Source: Macrostomum lignano (lineage: Eukaryota). Taken from it: a stretch of DNA of 64,000 nt. How positions within the stretch are numbered: the stretch's first letter is position 1; every line of letters starts with the position of its first letter. Positions 50,715 through 64,000 of the stretch are shown here, piece after piece. The stretch is taken from positions 806,001 through 870,000 of the forward strand of contig NIVC01000099.1 in assembly GCA_002269645.1 (NCBI GenBank). The letters run 5' to 3'. The notes below the pieces were generated by a model. It worked only from the letters and a program-made list of their open reading frames with translations. It did no database searches and was not told the origin of the DNA. The translations under genes were made by a program, and so were the position numbers.

Positions 50715-51290
50715 ATTGAGGGAGACGGAAGAGGGGAGCAGAAGATGGGAGACAGGAGATAGAAGGGAGACAAGAGAGGGAAGACATGAGAGGGAGGGGG
50801 AGGTAGGGGAGACGAGAGGGAGGGGGCAGAGGGGAGACACAAGGAGACAGGAGATGAGAGGGAAAATAGGGATAAAAGGAGAGGGGAGACAAGAGAGGGA
50901 AGACAGGAGAAGGGAGACAAGATATGGAGGGGGAGAGAGGGGAGACAGGAGAGGAGACAATATATGGAGGGGGAGAGAGGGAAGACAGGAGAGGAGACAA
51001 TATATGGAGGGGGAGAGAGGGAAGACAGGAGAGGAGACAAGATATGAAGGGGGAGAGAGGGAAGACAGGAGAGGAGACAAGATATGGAGGGGGAGAGAGG
51101 GAAGACAGGGGAGGAGACAAGATATGGAGGGGGAGAGAGGGAAGACAGGAGAGGAGACAAGATATGGAGGGGGAGAGAGGGAAGACAGGAGAGGAGACAA
51201 GATATGGAGGGGGAGAGAGGGGAGACAGGAGAGGAGACAAGATATGGAGGGGGAGAGAGGGGAGACATGAGAGGAGACAAGAGGAAGACA
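50715..51290. repeat. 40-bp purine-rich minisatellite
   Basis: ggagggggagagagggaagacaggagaggagacaagatat. Confidence 0.88.
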
Positions 51291-51974
51291 GGAGGGCACC
51301 AGGCAGAGCCTGTATCCAGGCCAATAAGCATAAAATTTGTCAGGCTGCGAAATGCCAACTGGCCCCAAGAAATCCTAAAGGAATGCCATTCAGCCAATGC
51401 TTTTGTTTCTCAAGTCACGGAAGCCGAAGTCCCGCAGGAGACGTTCGATTTAATTTTATAATCAGTTTATCTAGCCAACTTGTTACCTCCTTGGCCTCCG
51501 GGGTAGCAACCGCGGCAGTCAATTCGGGCGAGCTGAGACCCTGTCGGATCCGATGGAAGTTTTCACAACTGAACCGGTGGCACGTGACTTTATAAATCTT
51601 CTCTCCCAGCAAGTCAGTCGCCAGGGTTGTAAATAAAACTCGCTCGCTCCCAATGCCGCGATTGCCGATTAGCGGTGAATAGAGAGGCAGAGAGAGAAGG
51701 CCTGTTCAAGTCTCACAATAAAAGCGGGAAATTCGATAGCTGAACGGTTTGGATTTGGCTATTTATCGATATGGCGTGTGAAATATTGTTTTCCTGACAA
51801 TAAATTCTCGTTCAGGCATCGCGGCATGCAGTTTTGCGGACATAAATTCCCAAAGCCCATGGCTCCTGACACCCAGCTGTTTTGCTTCATTCTGTTCAAG
51901 CGCCATGAAGCCTGAAGCATGAAGGCTGGCATCAGGTGAACCCTACCGTACCTGCTCTGCTCTTCATTCTACTC

Positions 51975-53945
51975 CTCTTCTATCGTGTCTACTCCCTTCT
52001 ACCGTGTCTACTCCCTTCTACCGTGTCTACTCCTTTCTACCGTGTCTACTCCCAATTCTACCGTGTCTACTCCCTTCTACCGTGTCTACTCCCTTCTACC
52101 GTGTCTACTCCCAATTCTACCGTGTCTACTCCCTTCTACCGTGTCTACTCCCTTCTACCGTGTCTACTCCCTTCTACCGTGTCTACTCCCAATTCTACCG
52201 TGTCTACTCCCTTCTACCGTGTCTACTCCCTTCTACCGTGTCTACTCCCAATTCTACCGTGTCTACTCCCTTCTACCGTGTCTACTCCCAATTCTACCGT
52301 GTCTACTCCCTTCTACCGTGTCTACTCCCAATTCTACCGTGTCTACTCCCTTCTACCGTGTCTACTCCCAATTCTACCGTGTCTACTCCCTTCTACCGTG
52401 TCTACTCCCTTCTACCGTGTCTACTCCCAATTCTACCGTGTCTACTCCCTTCTACCGTGTCTACTCCCTTCTACCGTGTCTACTCCCTTCTACCGTGTCT
52501 ACTCCCTTCTACCGTGTCTACTCCCAATTCTACCGTGTCTACTCCCTTCTACCGTGTCTACACCCTTCTACCGTGTCTACTCCCTTCTACCGTGTCTACT
52601 CCCAATTCTACCGTGTCTACTCCCTTCTACCGTGTCTACTCCCAATTCTACCGTGTCTACTCCTCTTCTATCGTGTCTACTCCCTTCTACCGTGTCTACT
52701 CCCAATTCTACCGTGTCTACTCCCTTCTACCGTGTCTACTCCCAATTCTACCGTGTCTACTCCTCTTCTATCGTGTCTACTCCCTTCTACCGTGTCTACT
52801 CCCAATTCTACCGTGTCTACTCCCTTCTACCGTGTCTACTCCCTTCTACCGTGTCTACTCCCTTCTACCGTGTCTACTCCCTTCTACCGTGTCTACACCC
52901 TTCTACCGTGTCTACTCCCTTCTACCGTGTCTACTCCCAATTCTACCGTGTCTACTCCCAATTCTACCGTGTCTACTCCCAATTCTACCGTGTCTACTCT
53001 CTTCTACCGTGTCTACTCCCAATTCTACCGTGTCTACTCTCTTCTACCGTGTCTACTCCCTTCTACCGTGTCTACTCCCTTCTACCGTGTCTACTCCCTT
53101 CTACCGTGTCTACTCCCAATTCTACCGTGTCTACTCCCAATTCTACCGTGTCTATTCCCTTCTACCGTGTCTACTCCCTTCTACCGTGTCTACACCCTTC
53201 TACCGTGTCTACTCCCTTCTACCGTGTCTACTCCCAATTCTACCGTGTCTACTCCCTTCTACCGTGTCTACTCCCAATTCTACCGTGTCTACTCTCTTCT
53301 ACCGTGTCTACACCCTTCTACCGTGTCTACTCCCTTCTACCGTGTCTACTCCCAATTCTACCGTGTCTACTCCCTTCTACCGTGTCTACTCCCTTCTACC
53401 GTGTCTACTCCCTTCTACCGTGTCTACTCCCTTCTACCGTGTCTACTCCCAATTCTACCGTGTCTACTCCCAATTCTACCGTGTCTACTCCCTTCTACCG
53501 TGTCTACTCCCAATTCTACCGTGTCTACTCCCTTCTACCGTGTCTACTCCCTTCTACCGTGTCTACTCCCTTCTACCGTGTCTACTCCCAATTCTACCGT
53601 GTCTACTCCCTTCTACCGTGTCTACTCCCTTCTACCGTGTCTACTCCCTTCTACCGTGTCTACTCCCAATTCTACCGTGTCTACTCCCTTCTACCGTGTC
53701 TACTCCCTTCTACCGTGTCTACTCCCAATTCTACCGTGTCTACTCCCTTCTACCGTGTCTACACCCAATTCTACCGTGTCTACTCCCTTCTACCGTGTCT
53801 ACTCCCAATTCTACCGTGTCTACTCCCTTCTACCGTGTCTACTCCCTTCTACCGTGTCTACTCCCAATTCTACCGTGTCTACTCCCTTCTACCGTGTCTA
53901 CACCCTTCTACCGTGTCTTCTCCCTTCTACCGTGTCTACTCCCAA
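51975..53945. repeat. 19/21-bp binary minisatellite, ~100 units
   Basis: ttctaccgtgtctactccc, with or without an added aa. Confidence 0.95.
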
Positions 53946-54554
53946 CACTACTCTACTCCCACACTCCCTGTTCTACACCATATAAATTTCCTAAAATTGG
54001 AATCCCCATTTTCGTGTTCCCGTCCCTACCTGCTCTCCCACTCTACAAGCCCTCAACCGCAGCTCCGGCGGTTAAATATCAGCGACATTCCCCGCACCAA
54101 ACTGGCACCGCGCGCCTCTGGAAACATCAAACAGGACCGCCAACCGCATTGCGGCCTACAGAAGCCCGAGCGTGCGGCAATATTAGAGTTGAAAACACCG
54201 GCCGCTATACAGGGGCAGCCACTGGCGATGCGATAAGGCAGTTCGAGATAAGAGAGACCGGCAGCGTTCGGCTGCGGGAGGGGCCGCCAGTGTGCAGCTG
54301 GTAGCGATCGCCTATTAACTGAAAACACAATTGCGCCAATGCAGATTTGCCGTGTCAAAGTGCAGCGCAGGCAGTGAACGCTGGATCGGACTTATCAATC
54401 TGTTTCCCTCGCTTGCGCCATGCAGCACTGACAGAATCTGCGCGGCTAATGAAAACCGCGATCACGTGACAGAGGGGCTGCGAATTTATGCTGATTCTTC
54501 AGACTGATAAATGAGCGTCATTCCGCTTTGGCAGAATCCGGCACCACTGTATTG

Positions 54555-55210
54555 ACCCCGGGCGGAAGTGGGTCAGATTGGGGCGGATTGACTCCGGGCG
54601 GGAGTGGGTCAGATTGGGGCGGATTGACTCCGGGCGGGAGTGGGTCAGATTGGGGCGAATTGACTCCGGGCGGGAGTGGGTCAGATTGGGGCGGATTGAC
54701 CCCCGGGCGGGAGTGGGTCAGATTGGGGCGGATTGACCCCCGGGCGGGAGTGGGTCAGATTGGGGCGGATTGACTCAGGTGGGAGTGGGTCAGATTGGGG
54801 CGGATTGACTCCGGGCGGGAGTGGGTCAGATTGGGGCGGATTGACTCAGGTGGGAGTGGGTCAGATTGGGGCGGATTGACGCCGGGTGGGAGTGGGTCAG
54901 ATTGGGGCGGATTGACCCCCGGGCGGGAGTGGGTCAGATTGGGGCGGATTGACTCAGGCGGGAGTGGGTCAGATTGGGGCGGATTGACTCAGGTGGGAGT
55001 GGGTCAGATTGGGGCGGATTGACTCAGGTGGGAGTGGGTCAGATTGGGCGGTTTGACTCAGGTGGGAGTGGGTCAGATTGGGGCGGATTGACTCAGGTGG
55101 GAGTGGGTCAGATTGGGGCGGATTGACTCAGGTGGGAGTGGGTCAGATTGGGCGGTTTGACACGGCAAGAGTGGGTCAGATTGGGCGGTTTGACACGGCA
55201 AGAGTGGGTC
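54555..55210. repeat. ~36-bp G-rich minisatellite
   Basis: gggcgggagtgggtcagattggggcggattgactcc. Confidence 0.92.
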
Positions 55211-55699
55211 AACTCGGCCAGCACTGTACATGTACATTCAGCCACAATGAAAATTCGGAGGATCAGCCAAGTCTTCCTTACAGCTGCCGGCGAGGGGTAT
55301 AAATTATCCCATGAAACTGCATCCCACTGTTGAACGAATCTCTTCCCCCAGCAGCAACCGTGCAGGACCCCCCCCCCTCAGACTCAAAGCGAGCCACGAG
55401 CTGTTATCTCAGCTCCAGCACCGGCCGCAAGCTCAAATATATGGCGGCCGTGCAGGCTGCAGCTTCCGCAGTCCATCAAGCGGCTCTCTGCGACAGATTT
55501 ACAGCTGCGCGAGCCCAGCGCTGCCGCAACTCGGGTCCCCAATGCAGTGATTTATCCGGGGTGTTTATGGCTGTTGGCTGTGGCCAGAAACCCGCATGCA
55601 GTTCTGAGTCAGTCAACGAACTGCTTCGTGGAAAAAGCCCATTACCTCCAATATCCACATTATCATCCCACCTCATCTCTGCTCCCCATCCTTACTTCT

Positions 55700-56390
55700 C
55701 AACTACCCATCCATCCCTACTCCTCAAATGTCCACCCCAACTCCTCAAATCCGCCATCCATACTCCTCAAATCTGCAATCCCTACTCCTCAAATCCGCAT
55801 CCCTACTGCTCAAATCCGCATCCCTACTCCTCAAATCCGCATCCCTACTCCTCAAATCCGCATCCCTACTCCCCAAATCCCCATTGGTACTCCTCAAATC
55901 CCTATCCTTACTTCTCAAATCCCCATTGGTACTCCTCAAATCCCTATCCTTACTTCTCAAATCCCCATCCCTACTTCTCAAATCCGCCATCCCTACTTCT
56001 CAAATCCGCCATCCTACTTCTCAAATCCGCCATCCCTACTTCTCAAATCCGCCATCCCTACTTCTAAAATCCGCCATCCCTACTCCTCAAATCCGCCATC
56101 CCTACTTCTCAAATCCGCCATCCCTACTTCTCAAATCCGCCATCCCTACTTCTCAAATCCGCCATCCCTACCACTCAAATCCGCCATCCCTACTTCTCAA
56201 ATCCCCATCGCTACTCCTCAAATCCCTATCCTTACTTCTCGAATCCCCATCCCTACTCCTCAAATCCCCATCCCTACTCCTCAAACCCCTATCCATACTC
56301 CTCAAATCCTCATCCATACTCCTCAAATCCCCATCCATACTCCTCAAATCCCCATCCCTACTCCTCAAATCCCCATCCATTCTCCCCAAA
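55700..56390. repeat. 21/22-bp minisatellite
   Basis: ccctacttctcaaatccgccat. Confidence 0.88.
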
Positions 56391-57269
56391 CCTTATCGAT
56401 TGCAAGCATGTAAAGCAACGATAAAATGTGCAGTTTCGTTTTGTATTCATCAAAGAAAGCAAGTGCAATCTTGCAACAAATATGGATAAGAAGATTCCTC
56501 ATGAAAGTCGAGCTGGCTCGAATTCAAATCTCATGCTCTAAAGCGGTGTATATTTAATCTGTCATCAAACCCGGGGCACTGCAGTCACACATGGCAGTAA
56601 ATGCATGGTCAAAGTGCCGATCTTGCAAGGAAGCTTTGCAGCATGCAACAAAATAATGCTTTCTGATATTCGGACAGGCACGACAAATATGAGAAATAAA
56701 TAATAGATAAAAATTCCAACCATCCTACTGCCATTGGTCAGCAGTAGAATGTTGGGGACATGCAACGATAAATTTAATATATCATTTGATTTGGTTGCTG
56801 AGGCAAATGGGCAGACAAGCAAAAACGTTAAAGAAGGGAACAAGAAGCCGATTCGCCACCTCAGAAGGGATTCAAAGATCAACAGTGGCAATTATCAAGC
56901 CAAGGGTGAAAGCAGTTCTTGACTAGGCATGCTTGCGCGCGCACGAGTCCCGATGTTGGCAATGGTTAAGCATTGGGAGGGATGTGGGGAATGCAGGCAC
57001 ACGCAAAATAATTGTCCAAATTTTGTTGCAAATATTCACTTAGAATTTTGGGATGCAGGGTACTGCGAGTCTGGAGCAGCTGCGCCCCAACCATTTTTTC
57101 ATCTGGTAAATAACAAAAATTACGAATTCAAATATCAACCCTCGTCAAGGTAGGAAAACCGGCGCACATCAGAGAAGTAAACAGCGGAAACCAGCACGCA
57201 TGCGCGAGTCCCCGGGAGTCTTGAGCTCTTAGCAACAGAACAGGTCAAGCAACAGAACCGCTTCTATAG

Positions 57270-57679
57270 TAACCGAGTTCCAAACCTAGCAACAAATTTT
57301 ATCGCCTTGCAACAGATTATAACAGTTTCCATAGCAACCGAGACTCCCAGCCTAGCAGCAGAATTATTTCAGTTTTCATAGCAACCGAGTCACCAGCCTA
57401 GCAGCAAAATCATTTAGTTTCCATAGCAACCGAGTCCCCAGTATAGCAACAAAATCAATTTAGTTTCCACCGCAACCGAGTCACCAGCCTAGCAACAAAA
57501 TCATTTAGTTTCCATAGCAACCGAGTCCCCAGTATAGCAACAAAATCAATTTAGTTGCAATAGCAACCGAGTCCCCAGCCTAGCAACAAAAATCATTTCA
57601 GTTTCCATAGCAACCGAACCCCCAGCCTAGCAACAAAATCAATTTAGTTGCCACAGCAACCGAGTCCCCAGCCTAGCAA
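57270..57679. repeat. 45/46-bp minisatellite immediately 3' of the ABCF3 stop; unit contains an X-box-like palindrome
   Basis: gtttccatagcaaccgagtccccagcctagcaacaaaatcatttta-type units, 8 copies. Confidence 0.88.
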
Positions 57680-60600
57680 CTAAGCCAGCTCGAGCTCCTT
57701 CTCTACCAGCCGCCTGTAGGCGTCAATGCCACCCTCAATAGTCCGCACCAGGCCATCGGAGACCAGCCACAGCTCGGTGCAGATCATCTTGATCAATCGC
57801 TCATCGTGCGACACCAGCACAACGCCGCCGTTGAAGGAGTTCAAGGCGTCGCCAAGGGCTTTGATGGTCTGCACGTCCAGGTGATTGGTGGGCTCGTCCA
57901 GCACCAGGAAGTTCGGCCGGCCGGCGGCGATCAGGGCGAAGGCGATTCGACATTTCTGGCCGCCGGACAGCAGGCGGATTTGGCGCAGCGCCAGGTCGCC
58001 GCCAGCGCCAAACTGTCCGAGCTGCTGCCTGTAGGCCTCCTGCGGCTGGCCGGGAAATGTCCGGGCCATGAACTCCAGTGGGGTCGAGTTCAGGTCGAGC
58101 TGGTCAACGAAGTGCTGGGAGAAATAGCCGATGCGCAGGCTGCGGTGCGCGTGCCGGACGCCCTTCGATGGGGACAGGTCGCCGAGGATGATCTTCAGCA
58201 GGGTGGATTTGCCCTGCGGAGTCGGGTGGGTGGCGTTGCTATGGTTACTGCTGGCATCACTTGATTCCACAGCATTCCTACCATTCCTACTCTCTAAAGC
58301 ATTCGCCTTCAGAATCATTTTGCTAGGAGTTGTTAGGGGAGATTTGAAACAGGAATTTAGGAATCTTTTAATAGATAGGGATTATTTTATCTCTATTCTA
58401 AGGATTCCAAACCAGATTGCGATTTTATCCCTAGATTCCAAACCAGATTGCGATTTTATCCCTAGATTCCAAACCAGATTGGGATTTTATCCCTAGATTC
58501 CAAACCAGATCGGGATTTTTCATCTCTAGATTCCAAACAGATTGGGATTTTTATCCCTAGATTCCAAACCAGATATGGATTATTTTTATCTGTATTCTAG
58601 ATCCCAATTCAGATTGGGATTATTTTTATCCCTATTCTAGGATCCAAATCCAGATTGGGATTTTTCTAACCCAATTCTAGGCTTTCGTTTTGACAGGCGC
58701 CCCCTCACCTGGCCGTTCTCTCCCACAACGCAGATCCTGGAGTCGGAGCCGGCGCAGGCGCAGACGCCCTTCAGCACGGTCCGGTCACTGCCCGGATAGC
58801 CGAACACGACCTCGTCCAGCTGCAGGATGGGCGGCGACAGCTTGTCCTCGACCGGCGGGAACTTCATCGTGACCTCCGAGTCGTGGACTGGCGCCTCCAG
58901 CTTGGGCATGGCCTCCAGCATCTTGATGCGGGACTGCACCTGGCTGGCCCGGTTGGCGTTGTAGCGGAACCGGTCGATGAACTTCTGGATGTGCTCCCGC
59001 TCGGCCATCTGGGCGTCGTACTCGCGCTGCTGGTTGAGCAGCTTCTCCTCTCTGGAGCGCACAAACGTGTCGTAGTCGCCCTTGTAGTACTCCAGCCTCC
59101 TGTTGCTGATGAAGAGGATGTCCGTAGAGACGGCGTTCAGGAAGGCGGTGTCGTGGGACACAACTAAGAGGGTGTTTGGCCAGCGCTGCAGGTAGTTCTC
59201 CAGCCAGATGATGGCCTTCATGTCCAACATGTTGCTGGGCTCGTCCAGCAGCAGCAGGTCCGGCCTGCGGTGGCGGGGCAGTGATAATGGGACAGGGTTA
59301 AGCATGGGACTTTGGGGTTCGAAATGACCCTAAAAACTCCCTTCAGAACCCTAAAACCTCCCTTTTAAATCCTAAAACCTGCTTTCAGAACACTAAAATC
59401 CTCTCCAAAACCCTAAAACATCCCTTCAGAACCCTAGCGCCCCTTTAGAACCCTAAAAACCTCCCTTCAGAACCCTAGCGCCCCCTTCAGAACCCTAAAA
59501 ACCTCCCTTCAGAACCCAAAAACCCCTTGAGAACCCCAAAACCTCTTGAGAACCCCAAAACCCCATTGAGAACCCCAAAACCGCATTGAGAACCAAAAAA
59601 CCCATCTAGAAGCCCAGTTATTTCCAATAAATGGAGAGAAGAAAAGTGGAGAGGCTAAAAGTGATATTCCTTCATGGCAAAACTAAAATAAGGGCAGAGA
59701 TTGGCGCTTTTCTGCACTCACTTGGCAAACAGCGCCCTGGCAAGCGCCAGTCGCATTCGCCAGCCGCCGGAAAACTGCTTTGTGGGCGCGGTCTGCATCG
59801 CCGGCGTGAAGCCCAGGCCGTGCAGGATGCTGGCGACCCGGGACGGCGCCTTGTCCGCCTCGATCGCGGCCAGCTCGGCGAACAGGGCGGCCAAGCGGTC
59901 GGCGGCGCCTGGCGCGTCTGGCTCGGCGCGGCAGCGCGCCTCCTCGGCCAGCAGGCGGGCCCGCTGCTCGTCGGCCTGCAGGACGCTCTCGACTGCCGGA
60001 GTATCGTCACCTGCCACCTGGGATTGGGGAAGCCCGGCGGGTTGAGGAGAATGTGAGTGGCTCAGCTTCAGGTCATTTAGACCTCTCATCTAGAGATTGT
60101 AAATCTAGATAAAGAAACCGTGAATTCGGATACAGAAACCGTAAATGCGAATAAAGAAACCGTGAATGCAGATACAGAAACCGTGAATTCGGATAAAGAA
60201 ACCGTGAATGCAGATACAGAAACCGTGAATCCAGATAAAGAAACCGTGAATGCTGATACAGAAACCGTGAATGCGAATAAAGAAACCGTGAATTCAGATA
60301 CAGAAACCGTGAATGCGGATAAAGAAACCGTGAATTCAGAAAAGGAAACGGTGAATTCAGATAAAGAAACCGTAAATGCGGATATAGAAACCGTGAATGC
60401 AGATACAGAAACCGTGAATCCGCAGCCCAGCTACTCACCTCCTGCTCCACGTGCAGCACACGGATATGCGATGGCACGCTGATCTGCCTGGTGCTCAGCA
60501 GCTTCAGCAGGGTGGTCTTGCCCAGCCCGTTCCGGCCAACAAAGCCGTAGCGCCTGCCGCTGGCCAGGGTGAGGTTGGCGCCCTCCAGCAGCTGCCGACT

Positions 60601-61728
60601 GCCGAAGGCGATGTCCAGACCTTCAACGCGAATATCGCGCACGCGGCCCGACTCGCCGTCCAGAGCGGCATCTTTGCGATTAAGCTGCTGGCTCACCTGC
60701 GGATGTCCGGAATAGTTTGAACTCCAATTTTACGATCTCTGAGCCACTTTGTTTTAATCTGTTAGTAGAACGGCCAAGGGGGTGAGGGAGTTGACAACGG
60801 AAGCAACGCAGGCGCACGAATTTCAAGGGCACGGGCGAACCTTTTTGCTGTTGCGCACCTTCGCAAACAAGAATCAAGTCGCCAGCCTTTCGGACCGTCG
60901 AGATATTCAAAAATTCTGCCAGAAAGTCGGATTTTTTACAAGTCTGCAAATTTCACCAGCTCGTCGACGACAGGTGTCTGAATCAGCTCTGACTTCTGGA
61001 CCTTCAACAGATGGCACCGGGTGACTGTGCCCGGTAAAATTGCTTGGTATTCCTACTGGAAAGATCATTATGAACTTCAGAGTCCCTAATATCCACTTAC
61101 AAATCTCTTTCAGAACTCCCAAATCCCTATACAAATATCACCCCATCTCCCTACGCAGACTCACGGAAGCTCCGCACTCGTCCTGCGAAGTGAGCGAGTT
61201 GGAGGACGCATTGTTAACCTTCATCAGCCGCTTGGCAGCCTTGGGGTCGTTGGCTAGCGAGGCTTCAACATTGATGAGCTTGTTCTCAGACTTGCGCTGC
61301 ATCCAGATGCCGCCGCTGTTGCTACCGCCGCCGCCGAGCCCTCCGCCGCTGTCGGCCACAGCGGAGTGCAGCTCGCCCAGCTGCACAGGCGCGCGCAGCC
61401 GCTCCGGACCCGCCGCGTCGCCATTGGCTGTCGCACTGCCAGCCGGCGCGCCGGAGTCAGCAGCAGCGTCGGCCGCAGAGTCGGCAGAAGCGGCGCCGGA
61501 GCAGAATCTGGTGTAGATGGACTCGCAGATGTCGCGCACAGACTCCGGCGTCTGGTTGGCGTCGGCTTCGTGCAAGAAGTCGCCAATCGCAGCCTCGATG
61601 TCGGCGCCGCTGACGAAGTCGTCGACACCGTCTGCCAGCAGGCTGTGCAGGTACTGGCTGAAGTCCTCGTCCAGGTTGGCAACCCGGGACTGCAGGAACT
61701 GCAGGATTGGCGCGTCGCTGTCTGCCAT
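57680..61728 (-). CDS. abcf3: ABC-F family ATPase ABCF3/GCN20-like, about 735 aa
   Basis: Exons 61728-61165, 60696-60439, 60017-59722, 59264-58709, 58213-57680. Two NBDs: GRNGLGKTT / FSGGWRMR / LLLDEPSNML and GENGQGKST / LSGGQK / LVLDEPTNHLD. No TM domain; GCN20-like N-terminus. Confidence 0.93.
60105..60420. repeat. 21-bp minisatellite (ABCF3 intron 2)
   Basis: agaaaccgtgaatgcggataa. Confidence 0.9.
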
Positions 61729-64000
61729 GCGGCTTGCAAGCTGGGGAGGGCAGATTTTTATGTACTTAAGCATTTGAGCAGATGAACTCACTCACTCCAG
61801 TATCTTCAATGGCGAGTACCCTAGGTTTTATTTTCGTGTAACAGTGTGTCATGATGTACCAGCCTTCATCTTTTGTGATCGAGCAAAAGTAAGATATCCA
61901 TATTATTAGAACTTATTATAAGACTTTATAATTGTAGAGAATTTGCTGAATCATGCAATAACTTAAGCCTAGGTAGGTCGCAAACTTTAAGACATGCCAA
62001 GAAAACCAAAACTGTGATCCAAATCAGGCATTATACTTAGCAAAACAGCTTTCTACTTTCAGTTCAGTAACAATGAAGAATACATAAGCTATTTTATAAG
62101 AATAGAGGCAGCTAAAATGACTTTGATAAGTTTAGAAGCCTAAGCTTATAGACATAAACAATTGCCAATTGGTTCAGATATATATGCATTAGCCATTGAA
62201 ATATACAGGGCAGATTTAGGCAGAACAATTAAAGAAAGTAATAAAAATTGGGTATAGTTTAAATTACTACTAAATTGAAGTAACTTACATGCAAATATGC
62301 TAAGTGGCTCATTCAGTAGATATTCTAAGAATCTGTGAATTCTATAAAATATTCATAATTAAATTAATCAAATAATTGATATAAATAAATACAACTAATA
62401 TAAAAATTTATAAAACTAATAGATGATTTAAATATTAAAAACCTTAAATAGAAGTTCTAGGTGCCTAATTATAAACAAATTAATAAATAGTATGGGCTAT
62501 AAACTAGATTAGACTTTTGCGATTAATACAACTATATAGATAAAAAACAAAATTTTGTATAGATAATTGATGTGCCAATCTATTATCCTGCACCAACTTC
62601 AATTGGCAGGCTATTATGTGATCTAGACTGATGGGCATTCTTTCATTTTATGAAACCTATAGGACAATTGATTACTTGCATCAATTTCATTATACAATAC
62701 CCAATAAAAAATAGTAAGAATTAAAATAGACAGCCATGATTGCAAAAATGCTACAATTATAGCTTACTAAACTCTAAAGCATGATCCGTATATTTACTTT
62801 CATTAGGGGCCTATATGATGTTTTCAATAGAGAATTTGTTAAGAATGCATTGTAAAACAAAAGTGAGGGGGTGTAAAAGCAAAAAAAGAGAGAATAGTAA
62901 GAATTGGATGTAAGCCATACAAGAATCCTATAATTGTAAGTTATTAAATATTAGAGCATAATTCTTATATTCACTTTTGTTATAAAAATATGATGCTCTA
63001 AATTTAAAATCTAAGTAGAGAATTTATTAGGAATGCATTTTAAAATGAAAGTGAAGGGGCTTATAGCAAAGAAAAGAATTAAAGACTAAAAAGAAATGGG
63101 TGTGACAATACTAAAAAATTGTCATATATTTTCATTTTTATCCCCTTTCACTTTCATTTTACAATGAATTCTTAACCAATTCTCCTTTAAAGGCTTTGTA
63201 TAACAAAAATGAATATAAGGATTGTGCTGTAATGAGCTATTATTGTAGCATTTTTACAATTATGGCTATATCTATTTAATCAATTCTTACTATTTCCATT
63301 GGGTATTATATAACAAAATTGATGCAAAATGTAAATATTATAAAATGAAAGAATGATATCTATATTCATTTTTGTTATACAATGCCTTCAAAGGAGAATT
63401 GGTTAAGAATGCATTGTATTTTATGAAACTGCCCCTGGGCCTGGGCCCCAACCTATTCAGGATATTTTACTGCTCACCTTGCAGGGCCCATTCAGAGGAG
63501 GGGCAGGCACTTAGGCAGGATATTTTTAAAGTTATTTTTACCATTATTAGGCCTAGGCTTAGGGGACAGTTTTCACATTTGGCCCCTTGTCCCTTTTTTG
63601 TTAAAATTAGTTAAATGCCTTTTTAGATACTTTCTACTATATTCAGAAATTCTAGATAACATTGAAAACTTATTTATTATCACTAATATAATAAAATACA
63701 ATTTAGTTCAGTTCAGTTTAGTTTTGAGATTGTTATTTCAAATAAGATCTTATCATGTTTTAGGATTTAAGAATGACAATAATATAGACTTTTTAATAAC
63801 CTTTTTGAAACCAGTGTGTAGGAATTTTTAAAAATTCAATTAACTATAAACTAGATATGCATGGGCAGCATGGCTTGCTTAAGTTGTTACTAGATTAGTA
63901 GATTAAACTATACTAGTAAACTATACTAGCGACCATCATAGAGTAGAGGCTTAGCCAGGCCGGGCCGGGGCTTATCAGCTATATAAAAATAAGACAAGGT

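Noticed and set aside
51936-54304. Three overlapping 666-766-aa ORFs
   Set aside because: All three frames are open because the 19/21-bp repeat lacks stop codons.

Overview
Eukaryotic (animal) genomic DNA. It has GC-rich exons with poly-Gln/Ala tracts and GT-AG introns, many filled by a minisatellite specific to that intron. This style suggests a free-living flatworm such as Macrostomum (inference, not verified). Six protein-coding genes were reconstructed by hand from splice sites and reading-frame phases. (1) A 5'-truncated single-pass mucin-like protein with repeated SEA-like modules (+, <189-15333, 19 exons). (2) A 192-aa NCS-family EF-hand protein (-, 16233-19075). (3) An SLC5 Na+/sugar cotransporter (-, 19768-31290). 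(4) Cdc42 (-, 33637-34735). (5) A teashirt/tiptop zinc-finger factor (+, 45919-48153). (6) ABCF3/GCN20 (-, 57680-61728). Mobile elements are a solo LTR (4391-5461), a 2.6-kb CCC...GGG TIR element with subterminal repeats and exon-like cargo (7244-9885), two adjacent MITE-like elements (36887-37545, 37591-38141) and a full-length DD34D mariner with one nonsense codon (48336-49628). The most unusual signals are in the tandem repeats. Several have units that copy the splice donor (CAG|GTGAG), and several near teashirt have units containing textbook TF motifs (kB GGGACTTTCC, RFX X-box, TCF, AP-1/Sp). Most long ORFs in the supplied track are repeat artefacts. No rRNA, tRNA or CRISPR array was seen.
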